A stretch of DNA of 24,101 nt from Campylobacterota bacterium (GCA_034717975.1 JAYEMF010000013.1:1-24101), one strand, 5' to 3'. Positions 8,586 through 17,305 are shown, counted from the stretch's first letter. Made by a program: numbers and translations. Notes: generated by a model from the letters alone, not told the origin.

Positions 8586-8656
8586 CTTACATCTCCTCTT
8601 TTAGTACCCTTTTAACTTATTTTATCACATTGCAGGTAATAGCAAATCTAAAGAGG
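8340..8656. repeat. Direct repeat unit 2 (81-aa gene plus promoter)
   Basis: Aligns with 4845..5154. Confidence 0.9.
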
Positions 8657-8663
8657 CCGGAGG

Positions 8664-8725
8664 CACGGTAGTTCAAGTTTGATATCCAGGGTTTTTAGAG
8701 GTGCCCTTAAACTTGAATTACCGTG
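8664..8725. repeat. 17-bp inverted repeat enclosing a 28-bp core that carries the dispersed TAGAGGTGCCCT motif
   Basis: CACGGTAGTTCAAGTTT (8664..8680) and AAACTTGAATTACCGTG (8709..8725), one mismatch (a G-T pair). Confidence 0.85.
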
Positions 8726-8825
8726 ATGGCAATGTAGAGAGTGCTGTTTTTTTGTGCTAAAATGGTACATATGTGCTTCATAAAAGGAAGCTGGCAGGCG
8801 TTATAGAGAGATCGAGGAGTATGAG

Positions 8826-9689
8826 ATGGGGAAAGTTAATGAAATCATCGTTGCCGTTGATGCATCGGCAATGGCAGAAGAGGTTTTAAAAAGGGCAATC
8901 GCCGTAGGGAGAGAGAACCGTGCCTCTCTTATGGTTATCCATGTGATAGAGATTCCTTTCGCAGAGTTTCCGTTTGGAGAATCCATAGACGAAGCAAAAA
9001 TACAAAAAAAGATAGAGTCGCAGATCGACAGCTTAAACCAGGAGGCGCACTTAGAGTACAGCGTAATGGTTATGCGAGGCAGACCGAGCGAGACTATTGC
9101 CTTTGAAGCAAAAAAAATAAAGGCAGACCTGGTGGTCATCGGTTCGCACGGAAAAGAGGATATTAAAAGTAACTATTTCGGTTCCACGATCCGCAAGATC
9201 ATTCAAAAGACCCACACACCTGTACTTGTCGTCAAAAACAGGGCAGAGAAGGCATACAAGCATATTATCGCACCGACTAACCTGACGGATTATTCCGAAA
9301 AAAGCGTACACTTTGCCAAAAATCTTTTCGGCAGAGCTTCAATGAAATATCTTTATGCTTTTGAGTCGATCAGTGAGCTTCAGACTGTCTATTATCATAT
9401 CAGCGAAGAAGAGAGTAAGCGCTTGAGAGAGAAGATGGCTTCCAATGCGAAAATAGAGATGGAAAAGTTTATAGGCCGTGTCGGTGCCGGAGAGTCTGCG
9501 GCGATAGATATGACCGCTTTGATCAATGAAGACCTGCTTGAGTACATTATCAAAGACAAAGCAGACCTTGTCGTACTTGGTTCCAAAGGGGTGGACAACC
9601 TTAACTCATTCGTCTTTGGTTCAACCGCATCTTACCTCTCCAAGATGACCCCTACCGACGTACTGATATATGTTCCGGGTGCGGAGTGA
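8826..9689 (+). CDS. Universal stress protein, tandem UspA domains
   Basis: IIVAVDAS, ADLVVIGSHG, FGST...PVLVV, and a second ADLVVLGSKG...FGSTA...DVLIY; GAGGAG RBS. Confidence 0.9.
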   Translation: MGKVNEIIVAVDASAMAEEVLKRAIAVGRENRASLMVIHVIEIPFAEFPFGESIDEAKIQKKIESQIDSLNQEAHLEYSVMVMRGRPSETIAFEAKKIKADLVVIGSHGKEDIKSNYFGSTIRKIIQKTHTPVLVVKNRAEKAYKHIIAPTNLTDYSEKSVHFAKNLFGRASMKYLYAFESISELQTVYYHISEEESKRLREKMASNAKIEMEKFIGRVGAGESAAIDMTALINEDLLEYIIKDKADLVVLGSKGVDNLNSFVFGSTASYLSKMTPTDVLIYVPGAE

Positions 9690-9730
9690 CAAAACGGCCC
9701 TGAAACATTTTTAACTGAAGGAGGTTCCCC

Positions 9731-11419
9731 ATGACCTATGATGACAAAGTGTGGTTAAAACAGTATGACAGCGGTGTCCCCACCGCTTTAACATATCCGA
9801 AGATGCCTCTTTACGGCTTTTTGGAACATTCGGTTGCGACATACCCCCAAAACAGGGCACTCTCCTATCTGGGCAATGATATCGACTATGCCGAACTCGA
9901 TACATTGGTGAACAAAGCAGCCAACGCCCTGCTGAAACTGAATGTGCAACCCGGCGACAGGGTGGCGCTCTATCTTGCCAATACCCCGCAGTTCATTATC
10001 TCCCTCTATGCCGTTTTAAAGATCGGGGCGATCGCTGTTCCCATCAATCCGCTCTATAAAGCCGACGAAGTTGCTTACGAACTAAACGACGCGGGAGTGA
10101 AGACGGTGATCGTTATGAGCCGCTTCTACCCGCTCATTCAACAGATCAGGGAGAAGACGGTCCTTGAAAACGTTATTGTGACGAATGTCAAGGCCTACTT
10201 TCCGTGGCTTACACGGCTGCTTTTCACCCTCCTTAAAGAGAAAGAGGACCGTGTAGAGATAGCAGAGGGTGATCACGAGTTCGAAATGCTGATGGAACAA
10301 AGTGCTTCGGACAGACCCGACGTCACCGTCAATCCTGACAATATCGCACTGCTGCAGTATACCAGCGGTACGACAGGAACGCCAAAGGGGGTTATGCTCA
10401 CTCACTACAACCTGGTGGTCAATGCACTCCAGTGCCGCAACTGGGTGAGCGATACGGTCGAAGGGGAAGAACGGGTGCTTGGCTGGCTGCCGTTCTTTCA
10501 CAGTTTCGGCATGACCGCCTGCCTGGGGTTTACGATGAGCTGTGCGGGGGCGCTTATCCTCATACCCAACCCTCACGATCTCGGTTATATCCTCAAGACG
10601 ATCGAAAAAGAGAAGATCACGATGATGCCAGGCGTCCCGACGATGTATGCGGCTTTGGGTAGATATGAGGAGATTTCAAAGTATGAACTTGGCTCCATCC
10701 GTGCCTGCATCAGCGGTGGGGCACCGCTGATGGAGAGCGTGAAAAAACGGTTTGTAGAGCTTACCGGATCGAAACTGGTCGAGGGTTACGGACTCTCCGA
10801 AGCCGCCCCGGTCACCCACGCCAATCCCATCAACGGCTTGAACAAAGCTGACTCCATCGGCATACCGATGCCCGATACACAGAGCAGAGTCGTCGATCTT
10901 GAAAGCGGGGAGAGAGAAGTTCCTATCGGCGAAGAGGGTGAGCTTATCGTTAAAGCGCCGCAGGTGATGAAAGGGTATTGGAATCAGCCGGAGATGAGTG
11001 ATGAAGCGATACGTGAGGGCTGGCTCTATACCGGTGATGTCGTCACGATGGATGAAGAGGGTTACTACCGGATTGTCGACCGTAAAAAAGATATTATTAT
11101 CGTCAAAGGCTTTAACGTCTCGCCGACGGAGGTGGAGAAGGTGATCTGCCTTCATCCGAAAGTCGAAGATGCGGCAGTGGTCGGCATCCCTAATGAGGAG
11201 CGCGGCGAGGAGATCAAGGCGTTCGTGGTCCTTAAAGAGGGTGAGAAGATGGACGAAGCAGAACTGTTTGGCTATCTCTCAGAGAAACTTGCACGCTTTA
11301 AACTTCCCCGTGCCATCGAGTTTGTCGATACCCTTCCAAAAAATGTTATGGGCAAACTTCTAAGACGAATACTGCTGGAAGAGGAGTTGCGCAAGAGAAA
11401 CGGCGCCTCTAACGGGTAA
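9731..11419 (+). CDS. fadD: Long-chain fatty acid--CoA ligase
   Basis: QYTSGTTGTPKG, EGYGLSE, GWLYTGD, DRKKD and LPKNVMGK adenylation motifs; AAGGAGG RBS. Confidence 0.9.
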   Translation: MTYDDKVWLKQYDSGVPTALTYPKMPLYGFLEHSVATYPQNRALSYLGNDIDYAELDTLVNKAANALLKLNVQPGDRVALYLANTPQFIISLYAVLKIGAIAVPINPLYKADEVAYELNDAGVKTVIVMSRFYPLIQQIREKTVLENVIVTNVKAYFPWLTRLLFTLLKEKEDRVEIAEGDHEFEMLMEQSASDRPDVTVNPDNIALLQYTSGTTGTPKGVMLTHYNLVVNALQCRNWVSDTVEGEERVLGWLPFFHSFGMTACLGFTMSCAGALILIPNPHDLGYILKTIEKEKITMMPGVPTMYAALGRYEEISKYELGSIRACISGGAPLMESVKKRFVELTGSKLVEGYGLSEAAPVTHANPINGLNKADSIGIPMPDTQSRVVDLESGEREVPIGEEGELIVKAPQVMKGYWNQPEMSDEAIREGWLYTGDVVTMDEEGYYRIVDRKKDIIIVKGFNVSPTEVEKVICLHPKVEDAAVVGIPNEERGEEIKAFVVLKEGEKMDEAELFGYLSEKLARFKLPRAIEFVDTLPKNVMGKLLRRILLEEELRKRNGASNG

Positions 11420-14246
11420 GGTCCGGTTCGCCGCAGTGGCGCAGGATGAATGCACGGCTTGCATCACGCAGTGCAATGGCAGTATCCCATTCGCTGGTAT
11501 GCGCTTCTTTACTGATTTCCTGAGGATCGATGCAGTGGCCGATCTCGATGGTAATGGCACCGCGATGCGGAAACCAGGAACCCGGACATAAGATAGAACG
11601 GGTGCCTCGTATGACGATGGGAATGACTGGAGCATTGGCCTTTGCGGCAACAGTGAATGCGCCGAGATGAAACGGCACGAGGCCGGGAATACGGGTCATG
11701 GTACCTTCCGGAAAGAAAAGAAGCATCTCTTCGGGTTGAAGCGCATGGGTGAGCTGCCCGGTATCCTGAATACTTTTGCCGGTGTCACTGCGTTCGACAA
11801 AGACGGCACGAAGGTTTTTCAGTGGTATGCGTGTCAGAAAGTTTTTTGAGAGTTCGGCCTTGGCGACAAAGCGTACTGATTTTGGGAGTGTCGCTATCAG
11901 TGCGAAACTGTCAAGATAGCTCGCATGGTTGGCTATCACAACATATGGCCGAGTTCCGGAGGGGAGGTTCTTCTCTCCCTTTAGGGTCAATGGCGTGGCG
12001 GTTCCCCTGGCTAAAATCCGTGTACATTTTTGTAACGCCGACCAGCGTAAAGAAGGGGTGGGCAGTAGTACGGCGGCAAGCCAGGCTATGGCTGCCAGCA
12101 GAGAAAAAAGTGACCAGGAGTAAACCGCATAGAGTAACGACCCGAGGTAACGGGCCATCCGCTTGAACTGCGGGATGATACTTTTCAAAGCCAGCCGGAT
12201 GATCTGCAGGGGAACGGTGTGGCTTTGCTTTCCGATTTCGCCCTTTTCATACGCTTCACGGCTTGCCGCACGCCGGATCTTGCCGCTTGAGGTTTTGAGG
12301 ACCGATCCCGGTGGTGCCAGAACGATCTCGTCTGGTGGTGCTCCGATGAGGTCGACCGAGAGCGAATTGATCTCGCTGCGCAGCTTCTCTTTTTCCGCCT
12401 GATCTTCACTACGGGTCTCTGCCAGGATGACCAGCTGCTCCGTTTCGCTGCGCGCATCCACACTGCCGAACAGTGTGACGCATCCTTTTCGGATGTTTGG
12501 GATATCTCCGATTGCAGTTTCCAGTTCGTCGGGATAGATGTTACGCCCGGCGCGGATGATGATATCTTTGATACGTCCGGTCATATAGAGTTCACCATTG
12601 GCAATATAGGCGAGATCGCCGGTATTGAGCCATTCGCCGTCAAAGAGCCCCTGTGTCTTTTTGGCATTGCGGAAGTAGCCGCTTGTGGAGGAGGGACCGC
12701 GGAACTGCAGCTGCCCCTCCTGGCGCTCCGGCAGTTCATGAGCGGCGGGGTCAATGATGCGGATCTGATGCTCCCTCAGCGGTATGCCGCTGGAGACAAA
12801 ACGGAGTGCATGGGTATCATCTTTTTGTGCCGGCAGGGCTTTCCCGGTCTGCATGAAGGTGTTGCGTTCGATGCGGTCAACCAGGATGCCGCGTTCAAGC
12901 GGCGGGAATGCAAGGCCAACGGAAGATTCGGCAAGGCCGTAGACCGGCATCATCGCATTTTTACGAAAACCGTAGGGAGCAAAATGGTTGATAAATCGCG
13001 TGAGTGTTTTGGGGCTGACTGCCTCGGCACCGTTGAATGCGGCGCGCCAGGAGCTCAGATCCAGACCTTTGAAATCGCTCTGTTTGACGCGGTGCAGGCA
13101 GTATTCGTAGCCGAAATTCGGTGAGGCGGAGAGGGTACCGCGGTAGTGGTGGATCGCCCAGAGCCACCGCTCGGGTCTGGCGAGGAAACTCAGCGGTGAC
13201 ATTACGACATATCGGGCGGCAAAGTAGAGGCTGCCCAGCCATGCTCCAATGAGCCCCATGTCGTGATAGAGTGGCAGCCAGCTGACAAAGACGTCTTTGG
13301 AATTTGCATTGACGGCTTCGCCCATAGCACGGATGTTTGCCAGCAGGTTGGCGTGGGTCAGCGCTACGCCTTTGGGGTCTCCTGTACTGCCCGAGGTGTA
13401 CTGGATAAACGCGATATCATCCGTGTGCAGGACCGGGCGTATGGCTTGGCCCGATGATGTGGTCAGTTCGGAAGCAGACACAATCTGCTCCAGGCTTGGG
13501 ACCTGCGACTTCAGAAGCTGCGCGAGGTGGACCGCTTCGGGTATGGTGATCAGTATGCCGGCAAGGCAGTTCTGTAAAATCCGCGTGTGTCGGCGTATGT
13601 GTTCTTCAAGTTGCGAGGGACGGGCAGGAGGGTAGATGGGAACGGGTATGCCTCCCGCCATCAGGATGCCGAAAAAGCTGAAAAAGTACTCCCTTCCGGT
13701 TGGCAGCATGATCGCAACCGGATCACCCGTTTTCAGACCGTGCTGCTGCAGGGATGCAGCGACCTTTTCCGCACCCCTTTGGAGCTGGAGATAGGTGATG
13801 ATCTCGCCCTTGCCGTCATCCTGGTAGAACTGGATGTGAGGACGGTCCGGGTGGTGCGCTACATGCCACTCCAGTATCTCGACCAGGGTCTGCACTTCGG
13901 AAGGCACGTCGGATGTTTTGAGTGTTTCTGCAGCCGGCTCTCTGGCAGCCGATATCTCCCTGTAATCCAGGTGGGTTCCCTGTATTGCACGCAGCAGGTC
14001 TCTTGGCGTCTGCGCTTCGGCAAAAGTGTGTTCCGGGAGTGCGAGTCTGAATCTGGCTTCGACCCGCGAGATCAGCTCGACACGGGCCAGGCTGTCAAGC
14101 CCGAGATCTCTGTCGAAGGTGCTGTCAAGGGTGATCTGTTCTGCCGGAGCATGATGGGGATGGACCTCTACCGAAAGAGCATGAATCACTTCTATCAGTG
14201 TTTCTTCCTGCTGTTTTATTCGGTTCTTTTTCTGATCTGGCTTCAT
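11409..14246 (-). CDS. ACP - fatty acyl-AMP ligase - PlsC-type acyltransferase fusion protein
   Basis: DLGLDSL phosphopantetheine site; QYTSGSTGDPKG, SWLPLYHDMGLIG and YGLAE with a FAAL-type insertion (DRIERNTF..GKALP); TM segment; NHASYLD (HX4D) and FFPEGT; start at 14246 or 14282. Confidence 0.88.
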   Translation of the reverse strand: MKPDQKKNRIKQQEETLIEVIHALSVEVHPHHAPAEQITLDSTFDRDLGLDSLARVELISRVEARFRLALPEHTFAEAQTPRDLLRAIQGTHLDYREISAAREPAAETLKTSDVPSEVQTLVEILEWHVAHHPDRPHIQFYQDDGKGEIITYLQLQRGAEKVAASLQQHGLKTGDPVAIMLPTGREYFFSFFGILMAGGIPVPIYPPARPSQLEEHIRRHTRILQNCLAGILITIPEAVHLAQLLKSQVPSLEQIVSASELTTSSGQAIRPVLHTDDIAFIQYTSGSTGDPKGVALTHANLLANIRAMGEAVNANSKDVFVSWLPLYHDMGLIGAWLGSLYFAARYVVMSPLSFLARPERWLWAIHHYRGTLSASPNFGYEYCLHRVKQSDFKGLDLSSWRAAFNGAEAVSPKTLTRFINHFAPYGFRKNAMMPVYGLAESSVGLAFPPLERGILVDRIERNTFMQTGKALPAQKDDTHALRFVSSGIPLREHQIRIIDPAAHELPERQEGQLQFRGPSSTSGYFRNAKKTQGLFDGEWLNTGDLAYIANGELYMTGRIKDIIIRAGRNIYPDELETAIGDIPNIRKGCVTLFGSVDARSETEQLVILAETRSEDQAEKEKLRSEINSLSVDLIGAPPDEIVLAPPGSVLKTSSGKIRRAASREAYEKGEIGKQSHTVPLQIIRLALKSIIPQFKRMARYLGSLLYAVYSWSLFSLLAAIAWLAAVLLPTPSLRWSALQKCTRILARGTATPLTLKGEKNLPSGTRPYVVIANHASYLDSFALIATLPKSVRFVAKAELSKNFLTRIPLKNLRAVFVERSDTGKSIQDTGQLTHALQPEEMLLFFPEGTMTRIPGLVPFHLGAFTVAAKANAPVIPIVIRGTRSILCPGSWFPHRGAITIEIGHCIDPQEISKEAHTSEWDTAIALRDASRAFILRHCGEPDLTR

Positions 14247-14324
14247 AATCTGCTCGGCTTTGTACCATATGTGATTTATCAATCATACCAGATAACGTAT
14301 AAGAGGCACTCATCAATCTTAGAC

Positions 14325-14431
14325 GCCATAGGAGCAAAGCCCCTATGACTACGCTAACACTTGGTTTGCTTCGGCAGCAGGCCCTCGCACTTTTTGTGCT
14401 TTAGGACTGTTGGTCTCGAACACTTGCTTGG
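14325..14431. other. Multi-hairpin intergenic element (candidate structured RNA or REP/MITE-like repeat)
   Basis: CATAGGAGC-AAA-GCCCCTATG hairpin, TGC-TTCG-GCA, CAGCAG/CTGTTG stem around GCAC-TTTTT-GTGC, and AACACTTG twice. Confidence 0.4.
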
Positions 14432-14479
14432 TAAAATTAATCTTCTTAGCTTAATAGGCTTAGAGGAGTCTCTTAGCTG

Positions 14480-14722
14480 TCAGCAGCGCTTCAGAGCTTC
14501 TCTCAATGCCTTGAGATTTTTTGTATTGACGATATCTTCTTTTTCCAGCCAGCCGCGCCGTGCCTGGCCGATGCCGAAGTGCATCAGGTCAAGGTCGGCG
14601 ATGGAGTGGGCGTCTGTTGAGATGGCGATTTTGACCCCCGCCTCTTTGGCCATCTTGGCGTGGATGTCGTCAATGTCAAGCCGGTCCGGCTGGGCGTTGA
14701 GTTCGAGAATGCAGCCGTTTTG
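14480..14722 (-). pseudogene. polX: Duplicated 3' end of polX (80 codons plus stop) with an alternative C-terminus
   Basis: 14538..14722 is identical to 15642..15826; translates QNGCILELN...GWLEKEDIVNTKNLKALREALKRC*. Confidence 0.9.
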
Positions 14723-14777
14723 GCGGTGTTACGCCCCTGTGAGTGAAACTCCACTTTTGAAGTGTAAACACTAAAAG

Positions 14778-14847
14778 ATATAACAAGACACTGGTTTTTT
14801 ATAATACTAAATTAAATCTAAATTTGGTACAATATGTAATGTTATAT
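14778..14847 (+). mobile_element. attC-like boundary and TA promoter/operator upstream of the antitoxin
   Basis: ATATAAC (14778..14784) and GTTATAT (14841..14847) are complementary; internal dyad TACTAAATT/AATTTGGTA overlaps the TGGTACAAT extended -10; RBS and ATG follow GTTATAT immediately. Confidence 0.4.
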
Positions 14848-14861
14848 TCAAGGAGCAAATC

Positions 14862-15134
14862 ATGCATCTAAGTCAAGATATAAAACCTATTAGTTATTTA
14901 AAAGCAAAAACAGCTGATGTAATTAATAGCGTAAATGAGAATCAAAGAGCAATTTTTATTACACAAAACGGGGAAGCAAAAGCAGTTGTACAAGATATAC
15001 GAAGTTATGAAAATTCTCAAAACACTTTAAATTTACTAAAACTTATTATTCAGAGTGAGAATGATATTGATAAAGGCAATGTAATATCTCAAGATGAAAT
15101 GTTCAAAAACTTAGAACAAAAATTATTTAATTAA
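14862..15134 (+). CDS. Type II toxin-antitoxin antitoxin, Phd/YefM family
   Basis: DIKPISYLKA...IFITQNGEAKAVVQDI; AAGGAG RBS; AT-rich. Confidence 0.9.
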   Translation: MHLSQDIKPISYLKAKTADVINSVNENQRAIFITQNGEAKAVVQDIRSYENSQNTLNLLKLIIQSENDIDKGNVISQDEMFKNLEQKLFN

Positions 15135-15170
15135 ACTATGTGCCCGAGCAAAGCGACAAATGCCCTTGAG

Positions 15171-15518
15171 GTGCAAAAATATAGTGTAATCTGGACTGAT
15201 AACGCCCAATATGATTTAGAATTGATCATAAAATATATTAAAATCAATAGTGTGGAAATTGCTAAAGAGATCTTTTTTGAAATAAAGAATGAATGTGATC
15301 AATTAAACTATATGCCGACTAGAAAAAGAGTTGTATCGGAATTACAACAAATCGGGATTTTAAAATATAGAGAAATTATTTATAAAAGATGGAGAATAGT
15401 TTTTAAAATAGAAGAGTTCAAAGTATCAGTACTTATGGTTGTGGATAGTAGTAGAAATTTAGAAGACTTAATGTTCCAACGACTATTAAACACTCATGAT
15501 AACAAAGACTGGCAGTAA
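15171..15518 (+). CDS. Type II toxin-antitoxin toxin, RelE/ParE family
   Basis: YSVIWTDNAQYDLELIIKYI, YREIIYKRWRIVF and VLMVVDSSRNL; directly downstream of the antitoxin; start is GTG 15171 or ATG 15138. Confidence 0.88.
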   Translation: MQKYSVIWTDNAQYDLELIIKYIKINSVEIAKEIFFEIKNECDQLNYMPTRKRVVSELQQIGILKYREIIYKRWRIVFKIEEFKVSVLMVVDSSRNLEDLMFQRLLNTHDNKDWQ

Positions 15519-15551
15519 ACGCAAAAGCATCACTGATGTCAAACATTATGA
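15497..15551 (+). mobile_element. Degenerate attC-like hairpin at the toxin 3' end
   Basis: TGATAAC-AAA-GACTGGCAGT...ACTGATGTC-AAAC-ATTATGA forms an imperfect stem; the expected GTT is ATT. Confidence 0.3.
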
Positions 15552-15577
15552 AAAGTTGGTTGGAAAGAAGTGGGCTA

Positions 15578-17305
15578 TTACGATGAGGAGTGTTTTAGTG
15601 ATGCCAATAACGCTTTCAAACTTTTCGTATTGACGACATCCTCTTTTTCCAGCCAGCCGCGCCGTGCCTGGCCGATGCCGAAGTGCATCAGGTCAAGGTC
15701 GGCGATGGAGTGGGCGTCTGTTGAGATGGCGATTTTGACCCCCGCCTCTTTGGCCATCTTGGCGTGGATGTCGTCAATGTCAAGCCGGTCCGGCTGGGCG
15801 TTGAGTTCGAGAATGCAGCCGTTTTGAGCGCAGGCGTCGATGATCGCTTTCATATCGAGCTCATAGGCGTCGCGGAGTCCCAACAGCCTTCCTGTCGGAT
15901 GGGCGAAGATCGTAAAGTAGGGATTCTCCATCGCTTTCAAGATGCGTTTCGTCTGCTCTTTTTTGGAGAGGTTCAGCTTGTAGTGGACGGCGCATACGGC
16001 AAGGTCAAGCTCTTTTAAAACGGTGTTCGGAAGATCCAGCGTCCCGTTTGCGAGGATATCGACTTCGGCAGATTTCAAGATGGTGATACCCTCGAGTCCT
16101 TCATTGATCCGGTCGATCTCCTCAAGTTGTTGCCGGACTCTCTTCTCATCGAGGCCATGAGCGATAGTGAGATGTTTTGTGTGGTCGGTTACGGCAATAT
16201 ACTCATACCCCTTTGCTTTGGCTGCAAGCGCCATCTCTTTGATGCTGGCAGCCCCATCGGTATAGTTGGTGTGGATATGCAGATCACCTTTGATCTGTTC
16301 CGCTTCGATCAGCTTGGGAAGGTTGTGCTCACGGGCTAAGTCTATCTCGCCCCGATTCTCCCGCATTTCAGGTTCGACATAGGCCAGTCCCAAGGTATCA
16401 TAGATATCTGTTTCTCTCTCTCCGGCGACTCTTCTGTCCCCTTTGAAGACACCGTACTCATTGATCTTCAACCCATTTTTTACCGCCATTTTTCGTAACG
16501 CGATATTGTGGGGTTTTGAACCGGTAAAGTGGTGCAGGGCAGCACCGAATGCATTTTTTGGAACAACCCTGAGATCAATATGGATACCGCTTTTCAGGAT
16601 AACGGAAGATCTTGTCGTTCCCTGCATCGATATTTTGTCCACCCCTTCAAGAGCAGTGAACCTCGCCATAATATTGTTGCCGGCTTCACATGAAGCCACA
16701 ATGTCGATATCGTGGACCGTATCTCTTCTTCTGCGGATACTGCCGGCTATCTCGATCTCTATGAGTCCTTGAGAACCCCTAAGCGCTTCGATGATCGCTT
16801 CCGCCATCGGTATGACTTCAAATAGGCGGTACCGTTTCTCTTCATAAAGTTTTTTCTCCACGCCTTTTGCGATGCTGTCGATCAGCTTCGGACCGAATCC
16901 TCTCAGTGCTTCTATTTTTCCTTTTTGCAGGGCGTCTTTGAGATCATGCAGGGAGTTTATGTGAAGCCTCTCATGCAGGAGTCGAACTCTACTTGGGCCC
17001 AGACCGGGAATCCTTAGCAGTGTTTCAAGCTCTATGGAGACTGTTCTTTTCAGGTCGTTTAAAAAAGCCAGCTCTCCGGTACGGACGATCTCAATGATCT
17101 TTTGAGAGAGATCTTTCCCGATACTTCTCAGACTGGTCAGATCAAACCCTTCATCGACCAGTGTTTCCATGCTTTTTGGAGAGGAGAGGATGTTCCGTGC
17201 CGCATTTCTGTAGGCTCTTATCCTGAAAGGGTTTGCATCTTCTATATCGAGCAGGTCGGCGATCTCTATAAAGATTGAAGCGATCTGCTGATTGCTGACG
17301 GTCAT
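15578..17305 (-). CDS. polX: DNA polymerase X family / PHP 3'-5' exonuclease
   Basis: NPFRIRAY, HhH IPGLGP, AGSIRR..HDIDIV and IDLRVV catalytic Asp motifs; HFTGSK; PHP motifs DLHIHT, TDH, AHPTGR, STDAH. Confidence 0.95.
   Translation of the reverse strand: MTVSNQQIASIFIEIADLLDIEDANPFRIRAYRNAARNILSSPKSMETLVDEGFDLTSLRSIGKDLSQKIIEIVRTGELAFLNDLKRTVSIELETLLRIPGLGPSRVRLLHERLHINSLHDLKDALQKGKIEALRGFGPKLIDSIAKGVEKKLYEEKRYRLFEVIPMAEAIIEALRGSQGLIEIEIAGSIRRRRDTVHDIDIVASCEAGNNIMARFTALEGVDKISMQGTTRSSVILKSGIHIDLRVVPKNAFGAALHHFTGSKPHNIALRKMAVKNGLKINEYGVFKGDRRVAGERETDIYDTLGLAYVEPEMRENRGEIDLAREHNLPKLIEAEQIKGDLHIHTNYTDGAASIKEMALAAKAKGYEYIAVTDHTKHLTIAHGLDEKRVRQQLEEIDRINEGLEGITILKSAEVDILANGTLDLPNTVLKELDLAVCAVHYKLNLSKKEQTKRILKAMENPYFTIFAHPTGRLLGLRDAYELDMKAIIDACAQNGCILELNAQPDRLDIDDIHAKMAKEAGVKIAISTDAHSIADLDLMHFGIGQARRGWLEKEDVVNTKSLKALLASLKHSSS

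Noticed and set aside
13587..14348. 253-aa plus-strand ORF
   Set aside because: Antisense to the ACP-FAAL gene; no family signal
14361..14774. 137-aa plus-strand ORF, and its twin at 15570..15827
   Set aside because: Antisense shadows of the polX 3' sequence; their similarity only reflects the duplication
14862..17305. TA plus PolX as a dedicated anti-phage system
   Set aside because: The genes are convergent, differ in base composition, and the adjacency is explained by an insertion; nothing in the sequence shows functional coupling
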